Shown here in pieces: positions 11,858 through 23,683 of a DNA stretch of 64,000 bases. The stretch comes from Antedon mediterranea (lineage: Eukaryota > Animalia > Echinodermata), in contig NC_092677.1 in NCBI RefSeq assembly GCF_964355755.1, positions 22,617,175-22,681,174 on the forward strand. The letters run 5' to 3'. The translations under genes were made by a program, and so were the position numbers. The notes beneath the pieces were generated by a model. The model was not told where the DNA came from. It was given only the letters and a program-made list of their open reading frames with translations, and did not search any database. The stretch's first letter is position 1, and every line of letters starts with the position of its first letter.

Positions 11858-14111
11858 AGCTGTTCAACCGGTTTTCAGCTATTAAAAACAATTATCGAGG
11901 AGGAGATAGGAAAATGCGAAGCATCCTCGCATTATTGTAGTGTCTCAGATCTTTCAAGTATTTAGATGGCAAAAATTACATCTATAAATCTTTACTGTAT
12001 ATGAATAAAGGTGGAAGTAGGCCTACTTGGATTCCAAGGTTCCTGAAAGATTAACATTTGCTTGAACGTGTGCAGCAGCAATCCACTCAATTATCTGATT
12101 TGAAAGGCACTGAATATGTTGATATGCTCAAGTTTCTGACTGAAGGGAACGTTGGCAGACATTGTATAAAACAACTGTAATAAACAACATATATTTCATT
12201 GAAAACGCTTAAGTGGCTATTTCGGAAATCAACTTTTACAAAAACACAAGGTAATTCTTTAAAATTGTCAAAGCTCACAAGAAGACTGGAAATAAGAATT
12301 TTCAAGAGCAGTGGGAGATTGGAACTCACTTCCACAAAATAGTTCTACATTTCAAGGTAAATTAAAGATAAACAAGAAATATTTTTTTACAAAAACGCTG
12401 CTCGACATTTTAAAATTAATCATTGTTCTTTCTTCAGATATATTTATGATTAATTATTAAAAAGATGTCCTTTAATCGCAAAAATACAGATAATTCTTTA
12501 ATTATGATTCACATGCCCATTTAAAAATGGTCAATTTTGAACTTTAATGTGCTGTGTGTGTATGTGATCTCAACCTGTTGGCATGCAAACTGAATACCCT
12601 CTAGAGACAAGGTGACTTCACGAAAATTCTTCCCAGTCTGTTGATTCGTGTCAACCAATCAAAGGTCGAGAATCCAAAATCATTCAACCGTGAGCCCTCA
12701 TAGACTCTCTTTTCCCTGAAGTTTTTTGGGTCCAGCAGCTGGGATCTATAAATTATAGTCGAGTTTAGAAAGCTATATAACTGCTGCTTGCTTTAGCTTA
12801 TGAATGAGTAGTCTTCATGGGACGTAGCTGGCAAGAGCAGCAGCGTGAAAAAAAACAAGTACTGCACTGTACTTAGATAATTGTGTTATTTCTGGGTTAG
12901 CACTTTTTTAAGTGGTTATGGTCGAATTTCTACAGATGTCATTAATAAGTGTTGGTATTTCCTGTTTGGTACATGACACCTCTGCTGCTGCTGCTCAACA
13001 TACACTGTCCTTGGCCTCCTACCTTTGCTCAAATTGTATCAATTTCTTTTCTGTAGCTTATAAACATTCCTTGTCATTTCAACATTGTTATACAGTACTG
13101 GACAATTTGAAGAGAACTCTCCAGCTACATTTATTTTTATTTTTACATAACAAATTTTCCTGTAAAAATGAGATGATGTTATGAAAAAAGGCCATTATAA
13201 ATGTAAATATTGGTCAAATTTGTATAATAGCTATTCATTTCTATTTTTATTGTATGGTTATTTAATGCAAGTCATGTACAGTTGGTCCACACACAAAATG
13301 GCCTATCCTTTACCATTGTATAATTTGATAACACCACTAATGACCATGGTCTAACAGCCTTGTTCTTGCATTGGGCATCACCTCTCATATTACAAGTAAA
13401 CGATAAAAAATTGTATTCCTGGAGCCCACCTTTAAATTGTCTTATGTTTGATTTCTTAAGTTCTACATTTTATTTTGTTGTTAAATGTAATTATTTTTCT
13501 GAGAAATATTTCTTTATTAGTTTTGATGAGTTTCTTTTTCGATTTACCAATCCGCATTAATTACATTGTATAAAAAGTATACAAAAAAATAATTTTATTT
13601 TCAAACTAACTAGTATAAGGTTTCAACATTAATGATTGCAAGTGTACATTACTGTATTGGAGATTTAGTGATAATAAATACAAACACTACCAATGAAAAG
13701 TATTTGTTGTTTCTCCAATACAGAATCGATTATGAGTTGATAACAGCAATAATATGTATGTGTTGCTCATTGTTGATTGTGGTTATATTCACCATATCTG
13801 GTCCAGTACATTATTATTAAATATGAACTACTACATATTTTCTGAAATCAACAGAACTGCCAACAAATTCCCACCTCCAAATTCCTCAAACTCTAATTTT
13901 TTGTAGATGTAATCTTGACAGCCAAACTGCTTATTAACCTTTAAAGCATTGCTTTCCTGAGAAATTCATCTCCATGGATAGTATGTGCTACTTGGATTGA
14001 ATTAACATTTTCACACAGAAAAATTATTACTAGGCCTACATACATACATACATACATACATCAACATTTTCAATTTTCTATAGTACTAGTAATTACATTC
14101 AGCATCCCTTC

Positions 14112-17100
14112 TCATTGCTGTGCACATTCTGGTTCATTTGCCTTATCATTTTTAATATACACTACTTTGTGATATTTTTTACCCTTTGGTTTTTTATCCT
14201 CTGTAACTTTCTTCCCAGATGATTTCTGATAATCATCATCATCGTCACCGGATTTCATTTGAACTTCATTTACAATTCCAGTTTCTGTCACTACCTCAAC
14301 TACTTCTGAAACTGATACAGATTTCTTGAACTTTTTATACTTTGTTGTGTCCACACTGTTTGCATTATTTTCAACAATGGATGGCAATAACTCTGATTCA
14401 ATTGGATTCTTCTTTCCCCTGACATCAATCCCAGCATTTGATGGCAATAGCTCTGATTCAATTGGATTCTTCTTTCCCCTGACATCAATCCAAGCATTTT
14501 GTTCACCTAGCTCAGTTGATTCATTTTCAGTATTATCTTCTTTAGGTTTGATTGGTAGTTTCTCAACCCAAGTTTCACGCTCTTTTTGCATTGGGACATC
14601 AGGTTCTGAAAGAAACATGTCAAATGGTGGCGAAATAATCTTGAAAAAACAAAAGATAAACAAATAGACCCATAACTTTTTTTTTTAGACCTAACCTATC
14701 CATTTAAAATTTAAAAAAAAAACGATACTATAAACTTTTGTTCATAAAAAAATATCACAAGTATGTGTATTTTCCAATTATTTAGGGTGTTTCCATTAAA
14801 TTGTATTTTTGTTTACTCAAAAATCAACTTTCTTTACGGTGCTTTTGTAAACAAACCGCTAACTTGAATCATGTTTGGTACCTATCTGTTCGAAAATGTA
14901 TCAGCTACCAAAAAAACAACCTAAGGAATTTTTTTTTAATCTAGCCAATGAAAATTGGTTTTATTAAGGTGTTAGGTTGCTGAAATTTCTAACAAGAACT
15001 TGTGAATACTTGACTGTAATTGGCTATAAAGATAACGCTGACGCTTTTGTTTACGATGAAACAGCATGGCTTCCACCGTAGGTTCTCGAATGAACGTTTA
15101 AAGATTTTGTGAATATTTAGGAAGTTAATCGTTATTTTTTTCCATATATTTTTTTAAAATAACAAAAAATATAATATAATGTACCACACAGTGATATATT
15201 TTTGACTAGTTTGACAGAGAGTCTTGTCGCAAAAAAGCTAGACCAGGCCAAGCTTATCAGTGTCGCTACTTCATCGTTGATTTTAGGATTTCTGACTGAT
15301 TTTGTGATGACATGCCTCAATTTAATAGCAAAAGTAACTGGAAATCATTGTACAGTATCTAGAGGAGAGTTTGTACATTTGTTGCATACACACAGGGTGT
15401 CAAATGTTTCCTACTGCACGCTTGCATACACACAGGGTGTCAAAATAACTGCAATTGTGCTGGGAATGTTTAAATGAAATTTTAACATTATCCACCATCT
15501 GGATGTTTGGTCGTCATACACATTTTTGTTATTGCACACATCAATACATATCCAAATTACCACAACTGTACTGGGAAGGTTTTAAACTGCATTTAAAAAA
15601 AATATCATGTTGTGAGTGGGGATAAAGGAGGGAGAGGGGGAAGTTTTTAGAATATCAAAATTACCAGGAAGGTTTTCATGGTTACACATTTGAGAACTGA
15701 AACTTAATTGAGTTAATGAGGAATCAAAATGATTGAAATTGTAGTTGATATTACAAAAAAATGTAAAATAAAATGTGTACCTAGACATAATTTCCGTTTA
15801 AGTTCATCAATCTTGAGAACAAGTTTAATATTTTTAGCCTTCTCCTGATCTACAAGTATTTGGGAGGCATAGAGTTTACGCTCACATGTCAGCAAACTGT
15901 CATTTTTTGCCATGAGTAACATACGCTGGGTTTGTAGCTCATCTTGCACATCATTTAATTTTTCACTACAAAAAGATAAGAGATAACGATTCAATAGTAT
16001 TTTTAATTGTGATACAGAAACAAAAAATTATTTTATTTTAAATATATTCAAAACAATATAACATTATTTTAAATATAAAAAAACATCTTATACAGTTGAA
16101 ATTCGAAGGACATTTTCGGGACCCAAAAGTGCCCTGAATAGTGTTACAGGAAAGTGTTCCATAAGAGGAGTTCTACTGTATTCATCAATATAAAAATTAA
16201 AAATGGATAAATGTTCAGACTATTTCATAATCGATGTAGTAAAATACTAATAAAAACTCTTTCTGTGATATTGCTACAACACTACAAATTGAAAAATGTT
16301 TATAATTACTTGCTAGTAGATATCAACTTCTTCAGATATTCTGTGTATTTTGTTCTTTCTAAACTATCAGCAGATACCAAGGCATCATCACCTCTATCAG
16401 ACACCTGCTGGGAAAATAATCATAATTATATATTGTATACTGTATGCTAGTTAAAAAATAATGTTTGAAATATTACTGGTACCACGTTGATTGATTGATT
16501 GATTGATTGATTTTATTCGATATTCATACACAAAAGTTAAAATATACAATGTACAAAAAGAATACCAGGATAACCCATTAAGTCGACAAATAAAAGTAAA
16601 CTTATTTCCAATGGGGTCCAATCCGTATTAACTGAAAAAGTGAGTGGTTGGGCCTAGTACAATATATCATTAAGTTGGACGCAGTAAAATTGGAAAAACA
16701 AGAAAATACATATATTTAAGACAAGATAACATCAAAAAACAATATTAAAAAATAACTTAATTAAACTGATATTCCAAGCTGTTCATTATTAAAATATTCT
16801 TTAAGTTTTATTTTGAAGGTTGCATTATTTTGTATTGATTTGAGTGAATTGGGGAGCCTGTTCCAGTCACGGATACCTAAGAAATAAAAAGTCGAATCAT
16901 TAACGCCAGTAGCCTTAGGAGTGACAAAATTAAATGTTGTACCCCTGGTGAAATGGTTATGATGATCAGAAATTAACAAAAAGTTATCCTTAAGGAAAGA
17001 AGGCGTATTAAAGTTATAGCGAATTTTGTGAACATAATTTAATCTTAAAAACTTATTTCTGAGGCTGACATTAAGAAACCCAAGATCGGAAAGCTCTTTG

Positions 17101-20100
17101 GCACCTATGTGAGACCTCGGACCAACATTTAAAATGAAACGTGCCATCTTGTTTTAGGCAGTTTGTAATTTATGTTTAAGATTCTTATTGACACCGCCGT
17201 ACCATGCCGAGGCAGAATAGTCAAATGTACATTGAATTAAAGCAGTGCTTAATAGTTTACGACATTTTTTATTCAAGCACGAACTTTGCCTATGTAAAAA
17301 CTTCAACCTTGACTTAACTTTACTGATAACACTTAGTTGCAATAATATCACATGATACATATTGGTCTAAATCAATACCCAAATATTTAACTTGCTTAGT
17401 ACTTTTGATTCTACGGCCCATTAATTCCACAGAAAACTCTTTAACTTTGTTAAGCTTCGCTCTGCTACTAAAGATAATACTTTCGGTTTTGCCAACATGT
17501 AAAGATAATTTGTTTTCAGTTAGCCAGTCCTGGCACTTAGCTAGGACATTACTTAATTTATGAGCGATTTTGGTGGCATCGTGATAAGAATACAGAATCG
17601 TAGAATCATCAGCATATAGCAATCATTTTATTATGTACTGCGGTCCCGGGCACCGTAAGCAAAATCATGCGCAATTTGTGGGCCGACTTTTGCCGAATCT
17701 TATGAACTTCTATGATTGGATCGTTAATGTGTATTTTATTTATCTTTATGTAATGGATGTCTAAGGATGGATAAGCAAGTCTGTGAGCTACAGCGATTTT
17801 AATTGTTTTGCTTATCCTTGCCTCCTTAGATTTCCACCTGTCTTGTTTTTGTTACCTATGTTTTAAATGTATTTCGATTTTAAAGGCTAACAAAGAATGA
17901 ATGAATGAATGAATGAACTTTTTGCACTCATATGTCCCTGTTGCGTTTGCTTGGAAAGTCGAAATCACCCTATTTGATGAATCAAAATCTAGTTTTACCT
18001 GATTTTTTTCATACTTGTTTAACCTATCCGTTAAAGTTCTAACTTCGTGTTGACTTTGATTTAACTGTTCTCTTAAGTGTTCCATGTGACTTGAATCTGC
18101 TCTTGAAGAACTCATTTGAAACAATGTGGCTATCTGAAACTGTAATCAAGTTGATAAATCATGGCATTACAATTTAAAAATTATATTTTCATATTATAAC
18201 AGTTAATAAAAATTGATATATATTTATTTAAACGTGTTATTACTTATACTGTAATAAAATATATGAGAAGTAAAAGCATTCCTAAACATGGTAACACTAT
18301 GAATAGAGAGGAAGGTAACTATTTAAAATTGAACAATTTCATTCATTGTTCCCAACTACAGATAAGGACACTTTTCTACAAGCATACGATTACATTTCTG
18401 AGAGAAGTCTGTTTAGGTTTCTATACCATACGCGCACTAGCTGTTGGCTGAGTCTCATTTGGCAAAAACAAATTAGGCATCATTTGCCAAATATGGCAAA
18501 AGCAAAATATCTATCTATGAAGGACTATTTCACAGTACACAAAAAAAGTGCTGTAAATCAGTGATAAGTTGTGATGCCTTGTGTTGTGTGTAATTCTATT
18601 CCAAATATAGGCCTGGTAAACAGCTACTAAAACCAATCACACAAGGACCTTGTGGTGTGCTGCTGTGATGGAGAGACGTATTTCTCTATGCCATTGCGAG
18701 ATCACCGCAAACAAACGGGGGTGTTCACTATTACATAACAAACCTATTAAACACATGCCTCGACCACTGTGTAGTCAAAATATTTTCATTTAGTTAAATC
18801 ACTAAATTAATAATAGTATTCATAATCATGTGCGTGATGATGTAATCATCAGCGATGTACTAAATACACATGATTTAAAGTGTTGGGAAAATGCTTGATT
18901 CACGGTGCTATTCGGTATAATTGAAAAACCATTTGTATTTTAAATTAACAAAATTACAATTTTTTATCTTGCTTTAAAAAAAAAATTGATGGCCTTTTTC
19001 TTAGCCCGTGCGTGGATACCAAGGCTAAAAAAGTACAGGTTAATGTCTACAGTTAGTAAATAGTCCATACCATATCAAATCAGACTTTTTTTAGAAATAG
19101 CAGAAAAAAATAATTTACCTTCATTTTACTTATTTGCTGATTCTTTATCTTTAATTGTGTATTGATTGCCTCATATTTAACTTTCATACTGATGTATTTT
19201 CTTTCTATTTCTTTACGTTTATCTTCGACCTTTAAAAAAAATGGTAATGTTTTTCCATACACAAATTATAAAGAAATATTTACATGAAATAATAATTAGT
19301 ACCTTGTAAAATACTTGTTCTAAAAACATTTTCAGCATCATTCAAACAAATAAAGTAATCCTATAATGGAAAATTTATATTTTATTGTTCTTGCGGTGTG
19401 TTATATTTAAAGTATAGTAATTTTATTTTTTTAAATCATATGTATTAGTATTACTTGTGCATGTTATTGATTTGTATACATCATATGTAATATAACGGAT
19501 TTCTTTGGATCAACCACAGTATTATCCGAATGTGCATAAATACTGTATATCACATTTATGATAAACTGTTGTATGCATTTGCTATCTATATACATATCCT
19601 AATTACAATTCTACGTCATGGCACTAATGTTCAGGTAATACAGTATCTGGACAGATCAAGTGTAACCAGATCAACAATAACTCACCTCTCCAAATAATGA
19701 ATTTCCTTTCTGTTTGGTGTTTAAAGTGTCTAATTGAATGTTATCAAGTTGTAGCTGCAAGTCTACCACATTCTCACGACATTTCTATATAATTATATAT
19801 CATAGAATAAAATTAACAATGTAAGAATCATTAACTGTAAAGTAGTCCTCTACAAACAATAAAAAAACTAAAAATGAAATAGTGAAAATATATAGAACAC
19901 TCTATAATCACAGATGTGAACATGTACAGTGTAGAGTACAGTGTAATAATATATCCCCTAGATTTATAAAGCGCTGTTGTAAAACATACTCCTTGCTTAA
20001 TTTTTGATGTATTGCAGCTTTTTATTATTTATATAGTCAATAGTAGTTTTATGTTCATACTTGTACATTGTTAAATAATATATAGTGTTTTTAAATATTG

Positions 20101-23100
20101 TAATTAATTATTTTTATATGAAACGTTTTATATATTTTTGTACTATATTGTGAAAAGCACTCAAAATATTTTCCTATGTGGACGAAATAAAGTTATCAAT
20201 TATCCTACAAATACAATGCATCTAGTAATCAGCGCAAAGTTGTGTCTTGACCTTACCAGGTACCCATTTGTACACCTGGGTGGAGAGAGGCAAACGTAAG
20301 TAAAGTGGCCTAAGAATACAAGCGATCTGACAACTGTTGGATTTAAACCAATGATCTTACGATCATTAATTCAACGTCCGACACACTGCGCCAAATTCCA
20401 GGTGAAACCAATAAGGAAGCGAAGTTCAAGGTGTGCATGCTGTTTTCAATTATTTTATATTTCTTTCCTTAATTTTGCCAAATTAGTTCCCTAATCGCCA
20501 TTTTGCAATTGGCTAGAATGGCAAGACTAACACAAAATAATTTTTTTAATGGATTTATACGAGTCACAGATTTGAGTAAAAACCGTGGAAACTCCGTAAG
20601 ATTCACATTCATGCCTTCATGCCTTATTTTGCCAATTTTGTTTCCTAATCGTCATTTTGCAATTCATGCCTTCATGCCTCAATTCATTATTAATGATACT
20701 AATAGCATCAATTCAAATTGATGATTAAAGAATGCCATAGCATAATTTAACTAAAAGATGAAATAATGATTTTAACCATTGCTGACGCAATGTATTTCAA
20801 TAATACAGTTAATATACTATAGTCTTTATTATATATTATTCACTAGCACCTTTCAATTCACAGCATCTGATTGGTTAATCGCCGGTCTATAGTTATTGCC
20901 AGGCCCTCGAACTATAGACCGACCAAACAGTGCTTGTCTGTTTCCTCTATCTTCTTCCAATACAATCTTTGCGTTGCATTACATAGCCTAGTAATTACAT
21001 CTACAAGCGAAAAATAATCAAGTGCAGGCCTTATGTTGATCTTTGCTTCTTCGCAGCGAAACTGTGCCACAAGCTAGGCATAGGCCTATACTCCAAGTCC
21101 ATGTTATGCATTTGCTTCGGCCTAGCTTACAGCCGAATTGTGTGGTTCGGGTATGTAAAACTGGGCTTTAATCGGGATGCATTAAAAAATATAGCCCTTG
21201 GTGATTTGGAGACATACTATATTTCCCTCGACTTCCATCTTGGGATACAGTAATACTATAGTCTCCAGATCACAGAGAGCTATATATTTTACCATGGCCC
21301 TCAGCCCACTAAATATTTGTTTAATAAATTACTATTTACTGTAATCTCAAACTAAGTTACCTCAAGTGCATTAAAATAAGAAATTGATTCTCTTTCTTTT
21401 TGCATTAACTCATCATTTAGTTCTGCCACCTGCTGCTCTATGGCTTCTTTACTTGCTATCAATCGCACAGTCTCATCTTTTTTATCTTTCAACTCAATAC
21501 GTAAGTGTGCCTGTAATGAAGAGTACAAAGTGAACTATCTAGTTTAGGATAAAAATAATTATAAAAGTACAGTTGATTCTCTCACCCCCAATCTCTCTGA
21601 AAACCAAAAACTCTTCCAAAACAAAACGTTTGCTTGGGTTTAAAAGATCGCAACTTATATTCCGTATTGTGTTTTTGACGGTAAAATATAATTTCTGGAA
21701 AAGCAGACATATTAGGCAGGCTGCTGAAGGGTGTCCAGTATTCGGAGAGTTGACTGTGCTACTCATGGCCCTAAACATGCATGTTCTACTTTTAAACATT
21801 ACTTGCCTAATATAATGGCTGATAATTGAAGTAATATCTCTTGAGTTAATAAGTTAAGTAGGTATGTTTTGTATTGTGAATTAAACTTTTCACCTTTTCT
21901 TGTTCCATGTCTGCAATGATGGCATGGAAGTCAATTGTTTCTTCTGTTGCAGAGGTTGACAATAATTGAGATTGAAACACTCCTTGGGACTCACTTAGTT
22001 TCTTCAACTCCTCAATCTGCATGATAACAAATAACAAAAACCATGTAAACATGCACTGGAATAAACCGTGCCACTATAAAATGATGCATTTTCATAATGA
22101 ACATATTTCATATAGGGATAGTCTCGACATGCATAATATTATTTAAGTTAAAAAGTAGAGTTTCAAATAACTATTAAAGGTGATCCACAGTATTGATACA
22201 TTGTTATCTATTTCAATTAGCTTAGGGCCTGTTCAGACCTACAGAGTTATGCTTTTGTATTGTACGCGGCGTACAACTCCATAGGTCTGAACCAGGAAAA
22301 GATTAGTGGAAGCCACCTCATACGACACCACTCTTTCGTTCATTATGACAACTCAAGGTACAAGATTAGTGAATGCCGCTTACAATAACGAAAGTCATGC
22401 ATCAATGATTTTGACCTATAACCAATCAAATTTACTGCTGTATACCAGATGTTAGCCCAAAGTGGTGACACTTCAGTTTGAAACAAAAGCAATAGTTAGG
22501 CAAATCTGAACACTTTTATGTTACAATGCTAATTATAAAATGGTTGCTTGAGATACGAAAGCATAACTCCATAAATCTGAACATACCCTTCAATTTGCTT
22601 ATTTTATTTGTACACCATTGGGATCCAGTCACTGATACCACAGGATTATCATTTTTTCAGTAATGTGATTTTAGATTAATACTACATGAAAGCCCCAGTG
22701 GTCTAATGGTTAAGACATCTGCATATCAAGCAGAAGGTTACGGGTCCGAATCTCGGTTCTCATTTTCACAGATTTCCTCATCGTTATCGTTTCAAATTCA
22801 TTAATTTTCAGTATACCAGGTGGTTTTAATAAGTTTATTCTGTGCCTGTTAATTTATATTTATACATACAGCATATAAATTGTCCAAGAAACTTCTGTAT
22901 TATTCTATTTAATTCTATTAGACCACATAATGCATGATTTTCTGACAATTCTAAACAAATTTTTTATATCTAAATCCAGCTTTTGTTGATTGAGAGTCTA
23001 TTTTACCTTTTCTTTCAATTGAATTTCAACTACTGAAGTTCTTTCCAGATCCGAAAGAAGCCCTTTATTTTTCTTCTCCATCTTGTTGATGTCTCTCTGA

Positions 23101-23683
23101 AAATTGCTCTTCAATAAATCTTCTTTTCTCAAATATTCTTTCTCAAGTTGATTTTTCATGGCTTCTATTTCTAGTGTATAGAAACCATCTAACTTCTCTT
23201 TGCCATCTAACTTTAGCTGTAAGTTGTATTTTTGTTGTTCTAATTCCTAAATAACAAATAATTATAATATAATAATTAGCATACTGATGAGGCTGAAAGT
23301 CAACACCACCTCAAACATAAAATTACATAGTTTGCATTTTAAAGCTTAATCTATTGTAAAACGCATACATTATAAGGTTGGGATATACACTAAGTTCACT
23401 AACTTATTAATTGTTGGCTTAGCAATATATTTTGGTTTCCTTATTAAAGGAATTTTAACAAATTCAGTACTACGTAGGCAAGATAAACTGTTCATGATTT
23501 CATTGCAAAAAAACAACTTACTTCAATTGCATTACAATGTGTTTCTGATAGCTTTTCTAATTCTTCTTCCAAGTCCTTGTTTTGTTCCAATAACGCATTG
23601 CCAATCTCTGCTGCACGCTCTACATCTTTAGACTTTTGCACAAGCTCTTGCTGCAGCCTTATTACTTGTTCTTCCGGATTCAT
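14112..23683 (-). CDS. SPDL1: Spindly (kinetochore dynein-dynactin adaptor), 10 coding exons
   Basis: Exons (minus strand) approx. 23683-23522, 23246-23007, 22016-21894, 21510-21361, 19784-19686, 19229-19119, 18139-17999, ~16407-16310, ~15966-15781, ~14605-14112. CC1 box ERAAEIGNALLEQN; CC2-like ELEQQKYNLQLKL; Spindly motif KGNSLFGE|VEDKR; long coiled coil; C-terminal CaaX-type CAQQ* (human Spindly ends CPQQ and is farnesylated). Confidence 0.93.
14372..14491 (-). repeat. In-frame 60-bp tandem duplication in the last SPDL1 exon
   Basis: Encodes NAWIDVRGKKNPIESELLPS followed by NAGIDVRGKKNPIESELLPS; the DNA copies are nearly identical. Confidence 0.9.
16487..17622 (-). mobile_element. 5'-truncated CR1/L2-group LINE in an SPDL1 intron
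   Basis: Minus ORFs 17320-17622 (LYADDSTIL, WLTENKLSLHVGKTE, KYLGIDLD), 17154-17360 and 16761-17147 (DWNRLP). (TCAA)n microsatellite tail, seen as ttgattga.. at 16487-16512. Confidence 0.9.
17640..17916 (+). mobile_element. Probable retroelement 3' end with a (GAAT)n tail
   Basis: T-rich 3'UTR-like sequence ending aacaaa(gaat)5 at 17890-17916; same tail type as the LINE ending at 11857. Confidence 0.45.
20218..20393 (-). mobile_element. tRNA-derived SINE fragment with a conserved central domain
   Basis: The minus strand reads as a tRNA-like head (tggcgcagtgtg.. A box, ggtttaaatcc B-box-like), then tgcctctctccacccaggtgtacaaatgggtacc..tcaagacacaactttgcgctgattactag. Related copies at about 46425-46590 (+) and 57490-57650 (-). 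Confidence 0.7.
20815..21325. mobile_element. Non-autonomous repeat with a palindromic end (Crypton-like appearance)
   Basis: Internal hairpin atagcccttggtgatttggagacata..ccctcgacttccatcttggga..tatagtctccagatcacagagagctat (about 21191-21283). The family assignment is by resemblance only. Confidence 0.4.
22224..22589. mobile_element. MITE (PIF/Harbinger-like TIRs)
   Basis: agggcctgttcagacctacagagttatgcttttgtat ... atacgaaagcataactccataaatctgaacataccct. A similar terminus occurs at 63062. Confidence 0.7.
22692..22870 (+). mobile_element. tRNA-derived SINE (or tRNA pseudogene with tail)
   Basis: A box tggtctaatgg, anticodon-like arm tctgc-atatcaa-gcaga, B-box-like gggtccgaatc. No proper acceptor stem; followed by an AT-rich body. 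Confidence 0.65.

Noticed and set aside
14326-14667. Plus-strand ORF with an internal repeat
   Set aside because: Antisense of the last SPDL1 exon.
22692-22760. Functional tRNA gene
   Set aside because: The acceptor stem cannot form and the T-arm and anticodon loop are degenerate; better explained as a SINE head.
19686-23683. Calling the coiled-coil gene BICD/BICDL or another CC1-box adaptor
   Set aside because: A single N-terminal coiled coil with GNSLFGEVEDKR and a C-terminal CAQQ prenylation motif fit Spindly better.
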